A stretch of 64,000 bases of DNA from an uncultured Candidatus Rokubacteria bacterium. GTDB taxonomy: Bacteria; JAUVQV01; DATDCY01. The position numbers were made by a program, and so were the translations under genes. Shown here piece by piece: positions 26,466-36,483 of this stretch; position 1 is the first letter of the stretch, and every line of letters begins with the position of its first letter. Location: the NCBI GenBank assembly GCA_963699775.1, contig CAVOVE010000015.1:687588-751587 (forward strand). Direction: 5' to 3'. The notes below the pieces were generated by a model that worked only from the letters and a program-made list of their open reading frames with translations, searched no databases and was not told where the DNA came from.

Positions 26466-26958
26466 AGCGCCTGATCGTCGTCCGGCACGCGAAAGCCGAA
26501 AAGTCCGCACCGCGCGGCGGGGATTTCGACCGCCCGCTCGCGCCGCGGGGCGAGGCGGACGCCGTCGAGATGGGCCGGCGGCTCGCCCGGCGCACGATGC
26601 ACCCGGACGCGATCGTCACCAGCCCGGCGGCGCGCACGCTCGCGACCGCCAAACTCATCGCCCGCGAACTGGACTTCCCCTGGGACGAGATCCGCACCGT
26701 CAAAGTCGGCCTACCTCGCCGAGGAGCGGACCTTGCTCGAACTGGTGCGCGGGCTGGACACCGGCGCGGAGTCGGCGCTGCTGGTCGGGCACAACCCCGG
26801 GGTCTCGGAACTGGCGCAGGCGCTGGTGCCGGGATTTCGAGCAGGACCTGCCGACCGGCGCGGTCGTCGAAATCGACCTGCCGGTCGACACCTGGGCCGG
26901 CGTCCGGCGCGGCGGCGGCAGCCTGCGCTCGTACGACTACCCGAAAAACAACCCGTAA
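26461..26958 (+). CDS. sixA: histidine phosphatase family protein (SixA-like phosphohistidine phosphatase)
   Basis: VKRLIVVRHAKAEK..DFDRPLAPRGEADAVEMGRRLA..IVTSPAARTLATA; C-terminal half in another frame (LLVGHNPGVSELAQALV). Confidence 0.7.
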   Translation, partial: REAPDRRPARESRKVRTARRGFRPPARAAGRGGRRRDGPAARPAHDAPGRDRHQPGGAHARDRQTHRPRTGLPLGRDPHRQSRPTSPRSGPCSNWCAGWTPARSRRCWSGTTPGSRNWRRRWCRDFEQDLPTGAVVEIDLPVDTWAGVRRGGGSLRSYDYPKNNP

Positions 26959-26967
26959 CCGGAGCGG

Positions 26968-27562
26968 CTACCCCGGGTTCCCGCGCGCCTTGTCGAGCAG
27001 GTCCTTGCCGATCCGGAACGCGGGGCCGACGGGCTCGCCGGTGCCGAAGTACATCCGGTTGGTGGCCGCAAACAGCAGCGGGCGGATCAGGCCCATGTCG
27101 GCCTTGCCGTCCTCCCCGAGGACGCTCTCATCGGCTTTCACGTCCACGATCTCGCCGATGAACTGGGTGTGCAGGCCGATCTCGTGCTGGTGGATCAGAC
27201 GGCACTCGAGGATCAGCGGAAACTCCCCCACGTACGGCGCGTTGACCGTCTCGGAGCGCACCGGCGTGAGCCCGGCGACCTGGAACTTGTCGACGTCCCT
27301 GCCCGAGGCGAGGCCGAAAAAGTCGGCCTCCTTCGCGTGCGCCTGCGGAGGGGATGCTGACCGTGAAGGCCTGCGAGTCGACGATGCTCTGGTAGCTGTA
27401 GGTCGCCTTTCGCAACGAGACCGCGACCGCCGGGGGGTCGCTGCAGCAGATGCCGGCCCAGGCCACGGTCATCACGTTCGGCTTCCCGGCGGCGTCGTAG
27501 GTGCCGACGCACCAGACCGGACACGGGCAGGCGATCGTCTTTGCGCCCAATGACTTCTTCAT
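26968..27562 (-). CDS. flavin reductase-like FMN-binding domain protein; one frame change
   Basis: [44 protein letters not shown] (ORF 27128..27562) and C-terminal half (ORF 26968..27261). Confidence 0.7.
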
Positions 27563-27573
27563 CTGTTTTCTCC

Positions 27574-28842
<1,269 letters not shown>

Positions 28843-28858
28843 GCTCTTTCAGGCCTCC

Positions 28859-29440
<582 letters not shown>

Positions 29441-29455
29441 GGCTTCACCCTTTCC

Positions 29456-30742
29456 TTAGGCGGTCTTGGCCCGGTCGACCACCCAATCGAGGGTCTTGTC
29501 CTCGAGCAGGGCGGCCGTGAGGCCCGTCATGGTCTCGTTCTGGATCAGGCGGCGGCGCACCTCGCCCGGCTCGAGCTTGTTGGAGGTGGCGATCTTCGTG
29601 ATCTCCACCGCCAGTTCCTCGTCGGTGACCGCGATCTTCTCGCGCTCGGCGATCGCCGCGAGAACCATGGAGATCCGGGCCTTCTTCTCGGCGGCCGGCC
29701 CGGCGTCCTCGCGGATCGACGCCCGCGTCTTCTGCACTTCGGCCCACGGCATCCCGCGCATCGCGAGGTAGCGTTCGGCGTCCGCGATCATCGACTCCTT
29801 GCGGCGCTCGATCATCGTCGGCGGCACCTCGATCGGGTTCAGCTCGGCGAGCCGGTTCGCGACGGCGTCGCGCACCCGGTTGCGGGAGGCGATCTCCTTC
29901 GAGTGCCGGATGTTCTCGCGCATCTTGGTCTTGAGATCCTCGAGCCCCTGGTACTCGCCGACGTCCTTCGCGAACTCGTCGTCCAGCGCCGGCAGGATCC
30001 GTTCGCGCACCTCGGAGACCGTCACCGTGAACAGCGCCTCCTTGCCGGCCAGCGCCGGGTCGCCGAACTGCTCGGGGAGCCGGATCGTGAACTCGCGGGT
30101 TTCCCCGGCGGCCGCGCCGATCAGGTTGTCCTCGAAGCCCGGCGGGAACGTGCCGCCGCCGAGCGTCACCGGGAAGTCCTTGCCCGAGCCCCCCGGGATC
30201 GGCGCGCCGCCGGCCGTGCCCTCGAAGGTGATGACCGCGACGTCGCCGTCGCGCAACCCGCGCGCCTCTTCGACCTTCCTGACGGTGGCGTGGCTCTGAC
30301 GCACCTCTTCGAGCAGGCGCGCGAGTTCCTCGTCCTTGACCTCGATCGTCTCGCCCGCGACCTCGATGCCGACGTAACCGGCGGGCTCGAAGCGCGGCAG
30401 GACCTCGACCTTCGCGACATAGGTGAACGGCAGGTTCTCCTCGAGGGACTGGATTTCGAACTCCGGCTCGGCGATCGGCTCGACCGCGACCTTGCCGACG
30501 GCGGCCTCGAACGTGTCGCCGATCAACCCGCGCGCGACGTCGGCGGTGACATCGCCCCAGTACAGCTTGCGGATCACGTCCGCGGGGACCTTGCCCTTGC
30601 GAAAGCCCGGCTGCACCGCTTTGCGGCGGTACTCGCGCAGCATGCGCTCGAAACGGCCGGTCACCTCGGCGGCGGGAACCTCGACCGTGATCGAGCGCGT
30701 GACGGCGCTCGGCTCTTCAACGGTTACCTTCAACTCCTCCAC
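29456..30742 (-). CDS. tig: trigger factor
   Basis: 428 aa intact; ribosome-binding GFRKGKVP motif, FKBP-type PPIase core. Confidence 0.95.
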   Translation of the reverse strand: MEELKVTVEEPSAVTRSITVEVPAAEVTGRFERMLREYRRKAVQPGFRKGKVPADVIRKLYWGDVTADVARGLIGDTFEAAVGKVAVEPIAEPEFEIQSLEENLPFTYVAKVEVLPRFEPAGYVGIEVAGETIEVKDEELARLLEEVRQSHATVRKVEEARGLRDGDVAVITFEGTAGGAPIPGGSGKDFPVTLGGGTFPPGFEDNLIGAAAGETREFTIRLPEQFGDPALAGKEALFTVTVSEVRERILPALDDEFAKDVGEYQGLEDLKTKMRENIRHSKEIASRNRVRDAVANRLAELNPIEVPPTMIERRKESMIADAERYLAMRGMPWAEVQKTRASIREDAGPAAEKKARISMVLAAIAEREKIAVTDEELAVEITKIATSNKLEPGEVRRRLIQNETMTGLTAALLEDKTLDWVVDRAKTA

Positions 30743-30787
30743 GGGGATCTCCTTGCACGGGGGTTGGTGTCGTCATCGAGAGGATAC

Positions 30788-30873
30788 TGGTGCGAAAGGG
30801 GGGAGTTGAACCCCCACCCCGTCTCCGGGACTGGATCCTAAGTCCAGCGCGTCTGCCAGTTCCGCCACTTTCG
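30788..30873 (-). tRNA. tRNA-Leu (anticodon TAG)
   Basis: reverse complement GCGAAAGTGGCGGAACTGGCAGACGCGCTGGACTTAGGATCCAG...long variable arm...CTTTCGCACCA; cloverleaf by eye. Confidence 0.8.
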
Positions 30874-30892
30874 CCCGGAGACTGAGAGAATA

Positions 30893-30968
<76 letters not shown>

Positions 30969-31005
30969 ACATCCACCATATCTATGTTCATACTACCACA
31001 CTATC

Positions 31006-31081
31006 TGGGGTGAGTGAAGGGATTTGAACCCTCAACCCCCTGAGCCACAGTCAGGTGCTCCACCATTGAGCTACACCCACC
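31006..31081 (-). tRNA. tRNA-His (anticodon GTG)
   Basis: reverse complement GGTGGGTGTAGCTCAATGGTGGAGCACCTGACTGTGGCTCAGGGGGTTGAGGGTTCAAATCCCTTCACTCACCCCA; extra 5' G typical of tRNA-His. Confidence 0.85.
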
Positions 31082-31151
31082 ACCCCGTCATCACGACAGC
31101 GCGCGTACCCTACGAAAAATACAACGGAATGTCAAGATCGGCACCAGAGGA

Positions 31152-31230
31152 CCCGGCTCAGCCGCCGCCAAACTGCCGCAGCACACAACCGGCAATCAGC
31201 AGACCGACCCCCCAGGGCCGGAAAACATGC
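31152..31230 (-). repeat. approx. 75-bp duplicated copy of the 3' end of the small membrane protein gene at 33549..33782 (direct repeat partner at 33545-33620)
   Basis: approx. 90% nucleotide identity (gacccggctcagccg...cagcagaccgac.ccccagggccggaaaacat); the copy here would encode ...VFRPWGVGLLIAGCVLRQFGGG*. Confidence 0.7.
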
Positions 31231-31259
31231 GCGGAGAAAGGCTCCCGCCCGTCAGGCGC

Positions 31260-32806
31260 CTCGCTTCTTTTCCTTCTCGCCGGCATCCATCTCGCCGAGA
31301 TACTTCGGCAACTCCAGACCCGACATCTTCGCGACCTCCTGCAGCGGCGGCAGGCTCTTGATCAGGCCGGCGAGAAAGTTGGCGGTGGACGAACCGTCCT
31401 TGCCGTCCTTGCCGCCGCCCGAATCCCAGACCGTGACCTTGTCGATCTTGATGTTCTTGATCGCCTCGACCTGGAGCGTGACCAGCTGCTCGAGTCTTCT
31501 CGACGAGCAGGAACGTGGCGGCCGCCTTGGCGTCCCCGGCGCAGCTCTTGACCAGCTCCTGGTAGCCGGCGGCCTTGCTGTCGAGCACCTGGCGGACGCC
31601 TTCGCCTCGGCCTCGTACTTGACCAGGATCGCGTCGGCCGAGCCCTTCGCCTCCCGGCGGACCTTCTCGGCCTCGGCCTCGGCGGAGATCTCGATCTTCT
31701 TCTTCTCGATCTCCTCGCTTGACGACCTCTTCCGCGGTCAGCCGCTCCTGCTCCGCCAGGTACTGGGCCTTCTGGATCTGGACCTGCGCCTCGCGCTTGG
31801 CGACCTCGCCGCGCCTGAGGGCCTCGGCCTGCTTGACCGCGTAGCTCGGCTTCGACCGCCGCGATGTCGGCCTTGGCGAGGTTCTCGCCCGTCGACCGCC
31901 GACGCCTCCTGCTGCTGGACGAAGACGCGCCGGTCGGCTTCGGCCTGCTTCTTGCCCTTGTCCGACTCGGCGACGTTCTGGGCGACCTTGATCTCCTTCT
32001 CCCGGTTCGCCTCGGCCTCGCCGATCGTCGCGGCGGACTCCTGCTGCTGGACGAAGACCCGGCGGTCGGCCTCGGCCTTCTTGCGCCCCTTCTCCGACTC
32101 GGCGACGTTCTGGGCGACCTTGATCTCCTTCTCCCGGTTCGCCACGGCCTCGCCGATCGCGCCGAGTTTCTCCTGCTGCGACAACGTCGACCCGCGCCTG
32201 GTTGATCGCCTCGGAGGCGGCCTTCTTGCCGATGCTCTCGATGTAGTCCGACTCGTCGGTGATGTCGGTGATGTTCACGTTGATCAGGTAGAGGCCGATC
32301 TTGTTCAGCTCGGGCTCCACGTTCTTGCGGATCGACTCCAGGAAGCTCTCGCGGTCCTGGTTGATCTGCTCGATCGTCAGCGAGGCGACCGTGAGACGCA
32401 GCTGGCCGAAGATGATCTCCTTCGCCATGTCCTCGATCTTCGCCGAGGTCAGGTTGAGCAGCCGCTCGGCGGCGTTGTTCATGATCGCCTTGTCGGTGCT
32501 GATGCCGACGGTGAAGGTGCTCGGCACGTTGATGCGGATGTTCTGCAGCGAGAGCGCATTCTGCAGCGGGATGCTGATGGTCATCGGCGTCAGGCTCATG
32601 TAGGCGTAGTCCTGGATCAGCGGCCAGACGAGCGTGCCGCCGCCGTGGATGCAGTTGGCCGACTGCCCCTCGCCGACCTTGCCGTAGATCACGAGGATCA
32701 TGTCCGAGGGGCAGCGCTTGTAGCGCGACGCGAGGAAGACGACGGTCGAGACGATCAGGATGACGAGCGCGGTGGCCGGGAAGATCCAGAGCGAGATGCC
32801 GAACAT
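31260..32806 (-). CDS. flotillin-like SPFH/band-7 protein (FloT/YqiK type) with internal 44-aa tandem repeat; two frame changes
   Basis: N-terminal TM plus SPFH domain (ORF 31196..32806), EA-rich coiled coil with duplicated IGEAxANREKEIKVAQNVAESxKGxKxAEADRRVFVQQQE (ORF 31738..32184), C-terminus ...EMDAGEKEKKRGA* in third frame. Confidence 0.85.
31906..32159 (-). repeat. near-perfect tandem duplication of 132-bp period (approx. 122-bp identical unit plus 10-bp spacer) inside flotillin coiled-coil region
   Basis: unit ctcctgctgctggacgaagac...ggcctcgccgatcg occurs twice with period 132 bp. Confidence 0.85.
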
Positions 32807-32821
32807 GTGCTCTCCTTTATG

Positions 32822-33406
32822 CTATGCGAGCGGCGTTTTCTCGACCACCAGGGTGCTGCCGGTTGCCGACAGGACGCGGATCGGGGTCCCCGTCCTGATC
32901 TCCTCGTGATCGGCCGCGACCGCGTCGAACTCCCGCTGTCGCCCCGCGAATGTCACCTGGACCTTGCCGGTGCCCCCCGCGGGGATCGTCAGGTACACGG
33001 ACCCGACGCCCCCGATGGCCCGGTTATTGTTGATCGTGCCGCTCGACTGCAGCCGCACGGTGATGGTGAAGATCTTGCCGATGAGCCACGTCGTCCCGAG
33101 CCCGGCCGCGGCGGCCCCCGCGAACGCGAGCGCCTCGTGGACCCCGCTGCCGCGCGAGAGGGCCAGGCCGACCAGGCCGAACATCACGAAGAAGGCGGTC
33201 AGGCCCTGGAGCGAAAGCAGCTTGAAACTGACATCCGCGTCGGCGTGGACGACATCCGCGTTGCCGACGTCGATATCCGCATCGCCGCCATCGTGGACGC
33301 CGAAGAGCTGCGCGGCGAAGCGGACGAGAAACAGCAGCACCCCGAAGCCGGCGCAGACGACGAAGACCAGGTCGATGCCGGTCAGACCCGTCAGCGCCCC
33401 TTGCAT
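32822..33406 (-). CDS. NfeD-family membrane protein (flotillin-associated, C-terminal OB-fold)
   Basis: 194 aa; two N-terminal TM helices then beta-rich OB-like domain; operonic with flotillin. Confidence 0.8.
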   Translation of the reverse strand: MQGALTGLTGIDLVFVVCAGFGVLLFLVRFAAQLFGVHDGGDADIDVGNADVVHADADVSFKLLSLQGLTAFFVMFGLVGLALSRGSGVHEALAFAGAAAAGLGTTWLIGKIFTITVRLQSSGTINNNRAIGGVGSVYLTIPAGGTGKVQVTFAGRQREFDAVAADHEEIRTGTPIRVLSATGSTLVVEKTPLA

Positions 33407-33548
33407 GAACGCCCCCTTCCCGTGATCAAGAAACCTCTGCTTGGCCCGACCGAGAACGGCAGCACGCCCGCACCATCGCCCCGTGTCGTGCTGAACCCTG
33501 CGCTGGGCGGATTCTCATGCCGCCGGAGCCCAAAGTCAAGGACCCGGC

Positions 33549-33782
33549 TCAGCCGTCGCCGAACCGCCGCAGCACAGAACCGGCAATCAGCAGACCGACT
33601 CCCCAGGGCCGGAAAACATAATAGTAGACGGAGCCGACCGCGAGCAGACCCGGAAGATTCATGTCGTGCGGGTGGAAGATGGCGTCGTAGGCGAAGGAGA
33701 CCGCGAAGAGCACCGGGATCAAAGCCAGCCAGAGGAGCGCCAGCCGGAACATCCAGCGCCCGAGGGCGCCAACCCCGCTCAT
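33549..33782 (-). CDS. small 2-TM membrane protein (77 aa), function unknown; its 3' end is duplicated downstream of flotillin
   Basis: ORF 33549..33782, hydrophobic helices; first gene of the small-protein/nfeD/flotillin module. Confidence 0.5.
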   Translation of the reverse strand: MSGVGALGRWMFRLALLWLALIPVLFAVSFAYDAIFHPHDMNLPGLLAVGSVYYYVFRPWGVGLLIAGSVLRRFGDG

Positions 33783-33818
33783 CGTGCTCCTCCCCCCCGC
33801 CCTGCCGGCGCCGGCGGA

Positions 33819-34706
33819 TCAACCGCAGTCCAGGATCGCGCGCAGGGCCGCGGCCCGGGCGGCGCTTTGCGCATCCCCCGTGACCAGTTCGATCTGCTCC
33901 GGTCCGGCGGCGCCGAGACCGAGTTCGACGGCGCGCGCGATCTGCCCCTGGCGGAAGATCGGTTTTCCCATGACCGCCCGGTTGCTGCCGATCTCCTTGA
34001 GGACCGCGAGGCCGACGGCGTCGACGGCGACGCGGTCGGTCCCCGCGAGGACGACGCCCGCGGGCTTCCGGGTCCCCGTCATCGGCCCGCCGTCGACAAA
34101 AGCCTCGAGGCCGTCGAGAACGACGAGGGCCGGCTGGTAGACGGTGTTGACCTCGGCGATCATCCTGCGCATCGAGAGCAGCGACGCGTGCAGCTCGCGC
34201 ATGTTGCGCCGGTGCACCATGCCGATGGAGTTCTTCAACGACATCGTGAAAACACCGCCATAACCGTGAGTCTTGAGGCAGCAGGTCGAAACCACGCACG
34301 GCGACTCGAGGACGGGGCGCGCGAAGTCGAAGCCGTTGAGCCAGGCGCTGCCCGGAGGCTGTTGGCGAACCCAGCCTTCCCGGGGGAGCGTCTCGAGGTC
34401 GAGGATCTCCGCGCCGAGCCGTGCGCAGAGTTGCGGGACTCCCTTGGCAGCCAGGACCGTCGCCATCTGCGCCGGGCCGCAACGGTCGGCGACGGTGACG
34501 CCGACGGCACCCAGCTCCTGCAGGGTCGTGATGAGCGACGCCAGGGTGTCGTTGTGCGTCGAGCCGGGGTAGGGATCAGCGGTGTTGAAATTGGGCTTGA
34601 TCAGCACCCGGACGCTGCGCGCTGCGCTGCAGCCGATGAGTTCGACGGCTGCGCGCACGCCGGCGGCGCGGTCAACGGTCTGGACGAGTGCGACTCGCGA
34701 AGACAT
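33819..34706 (-). CDS. DUF362-domain protein
   Basis: 295 aa; KPNFNTADPYPGSTHND region typical of DUF362; last gene of the peptide-modification operon. Confidence 0.65.
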   Translation of the reverse strand: MSSRVALVQTVDRAAGVRAAVELIGCSAARSVRVLIKPNFNTADPYPGSTHNDTLASLITTLQELGAVGVTVADRCGPAQMATVLAAKGVPQLCARLGAEILDLETLPREGWVRQQPPGSAWLNGFDFARPVLESPCVVSTCCLKTHGYGGVFTMSLKNSIGMVHRRNMRELHASLLSMRRMIAEVNTVYQPALVVLDGLEAFVDGGPMTGTRKPAGVVLAGTDRVAVDAVGLAVLKEIGSNRAVMGKPIFRQGQIARAVELGLGAAGPEQIELVTGDAQSAARAAALRAILDCG

Positions 34707-34728
34707 CGGGTCCCCCCCCTCTTCCGAT

Positions 34729-36483
34729 CTATACCACAGGCGTGTCTTCCCGACGATCGTTCGAGGCGCGGGAACCGCCGGCCACGCCGAGGACCCGCGC
34801 GACCATGTGGACGGGGTGGATGAGGTAGAGCAGCGGCACCAGGGCCCCGTGCCGCACGCGCCAGTAGCGCCGCAGGCGCACGGGCGCGGGGAAGAGCGTG
34901 CGCCCGAGACCCGTCAGGCGCGCCGGGCGGAAGAAGAGGCGGGGACTCATCTTCATCAGCCGGGCGAAAAAACGCCCTGTCCCCGGGGCGGCGCTCCGGA
35001 GCGGGAAACCGGCTCGCACCGGCGCCGCGGGCGGCACGCCGCAGCGATCGCAGGCCGCCTCGGCCACCGGACCGGGGTGCAGCAGACGCAGGAGGCCCAG
35101 GGCTTCGGCGATCTCCTCCCCGACGTTCCAGGCGGCGGCCCGCTCGCGCAGCAGCCCCGCGTCCAGCTCGGCGTCATGCAGGGCGAAGTGACGCTGCAGG
35201 TCCGTGAACCAGAGCAGGCGGTTGCCGACGCAGGGACGGAGGAACCAGGCGGCGGGGAGCCCGGCGCGCAGCCCGGCGCGGTTGAGTATGCCGTGCCGGG
35301 CGGCGTGCACCGCGAGGTAGAGGAACTCGTCGACCGGGGCGGGAACGGGGATCGCCAGCGCGCCGGCCATCCTCTCGCCTCGGCGCGCGAGCAGCTCTTC
35401 GGCCGGGATCCGGGCAAGGCAGGCCCGGTCGGTGAGGCCCCAGTGCAGTTCGATCGGGACGCGGCCCTTGCGCGCGCGGTGCGAGCGTGACGTGGAAGTG
35501 CACGCGGTCGAGGAGCCGCGCCGAAATGCCGACCGGGGCGCTGTAGCCGGCGGCGAGGAGCGCCCGACGCGCGCGCGCGTCCGGTCCGCCGGCGCCACGA
35601 GCAGGTCGAGGTCGGAGCTGGAAGCGCTCGGCGCCCGAGGCGTAGAGGTGCACGAGGGCCGGCCCCTTGAGCACGAGGTGCGGCACCCCTGCCGCGATCG
35701 AGGGCGGCAGCGGCCTCGCGAAAGGTCTCGAGCGCATCCAGGTGCGCCAGGCCGGCGCGCAGGGTGTGCCGGCGCAGCTCCCCGGCGATCCCCGCCGGCA
35801 GGGCGGCCCCCGACCAGCGCAGTACGGCGGGGACGACCCCGTGGGTCACGGCCCCCTGCAGCAGGAGCGATCCCGTCGAGGTCGGATCCCGCAATGGGCG
35901 TCGCGGGATCAAGGTCTCTGCGGCAGCAGGCGAGAAGGAACTCGCGCTCGGCCGCGGCGGACTCGTCGTCGAGGGAGAAGACGGGATACGCGGCGGCGAG
36001 CAGCGGCAGTGCGAGGGCCTTGAACGGCCGCAGCAGCCGCCGGCGGCGGCCGCGGCAGACCCGCGGATCCTGCCGCCCGAGACCAGCCCCGCGCGGAGTG
36101 CGTCGGCGAGGTCGGCCTCGACAGCGGGACGCCCGCGTCAGCAGACGCACCGCGAACCGCGAGGCGGGCGGGTCGAGACGGCGCAGCGCGCCGCGGCAGC
36201 CGACCCAGACCGCGCGCCCCTGCACGTCACGGGCGTCGATCCAGCTCGAGACCGCGTTGCCGTCGCCCTTCTCGCGCAGGAGCAGGGTCTCGCCGTCGCG
36301 CCTGAGTTCGAGCACGCGGTGGACCAGCGTGCGCTCCCCGTCGCGAAAGGCCACGATGTCGCCGGGGGAGACCGACCCGCTTTCGCACGGCGCGAGGCCG
36401 ACCTCGGCGCCGTCGCGGATGAGCGGGTACATGCTGCGCCCCGAGGCCCGCACGATGCGCGCCGCCGCAGCGGAGCCGCTCAC
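34729..36483 (-). CDS. S24/S26 (LexA/signal-peptidase-like) peptidase domain fused or adjacent to PF14907-type nucleotidyltransferase-family domain; central part frame-shifted
   Basis: N-terminus ARIVRASGRSMYPLIRDGAEV...GDIVAFRDGERTLVHRVLEL (S24 fold with SM nucleophile); nucleotidyltransferase-family segments GVPHLVLKGPALVHLYASGAERFQ, VHFHVTL, IELHWGL..FLYLAVHAARHG spread over three minus frames. Confidence 0.6.
   Translation of the reverse strand: MSGSAAAARIVRASGRSMYPLIRDGAEVGLAPCESGSVSPGDIVAFRDGERTLVHRVLELRRDGETLLLREKGDGNAVSSWIDARDVQGRAVWVGCRGALRRLDPPASRFAVRLLTRASRCRGRPRRRTPRGAGLGRQDPRVCRGRRRRLLRPFKALALPLLAAAYPVFSLDDESAAAEREFLLACCRRDLDPATPIAGSDLDGIAPAAGGRDPRGRPRRTALVGGRPAGGDRRGAAPAHPARRPGAPGCARDLSRGRCRPRSRQGCRTSCSRGRPSCTSTPRAPSASSSDLDLLVAPADRTRARVGRSSPPATAPRSAFRRGSSTACTSTSRSHRARKGRVPIELHWGLTDRACLARIPAEELLARRGERMAGALAIPVPAPVDEFLYLAVHAARHGILNRAGLRAGLPAAWFLRPCVGNRLLWFTDLQRHFALHDAELDAGLLRERAAAWNVGEEIAEALGLLRLLHPGPVAEAACDRCGVPPAAPVRAGFPLRSAAPGTGRFFARLMKMSPRLFFRPARLTGLGRTLFPAPVRLRRYWRVRHGALVPLLYLIHPVHMVARVLGVAGGSRASNDRREDTPVV

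Noticed and set aside
31168-31292. 41-aa ORF MPARRKRSEAPDGREPFSAHVFRPWGVGLLIAGCVLRQFGGG
   Set aside because: Overlaps the real flotillin 3' end in another frame and is a duplicated fragment of the 33549..33782 gene; treated as a repeat, not a gene.
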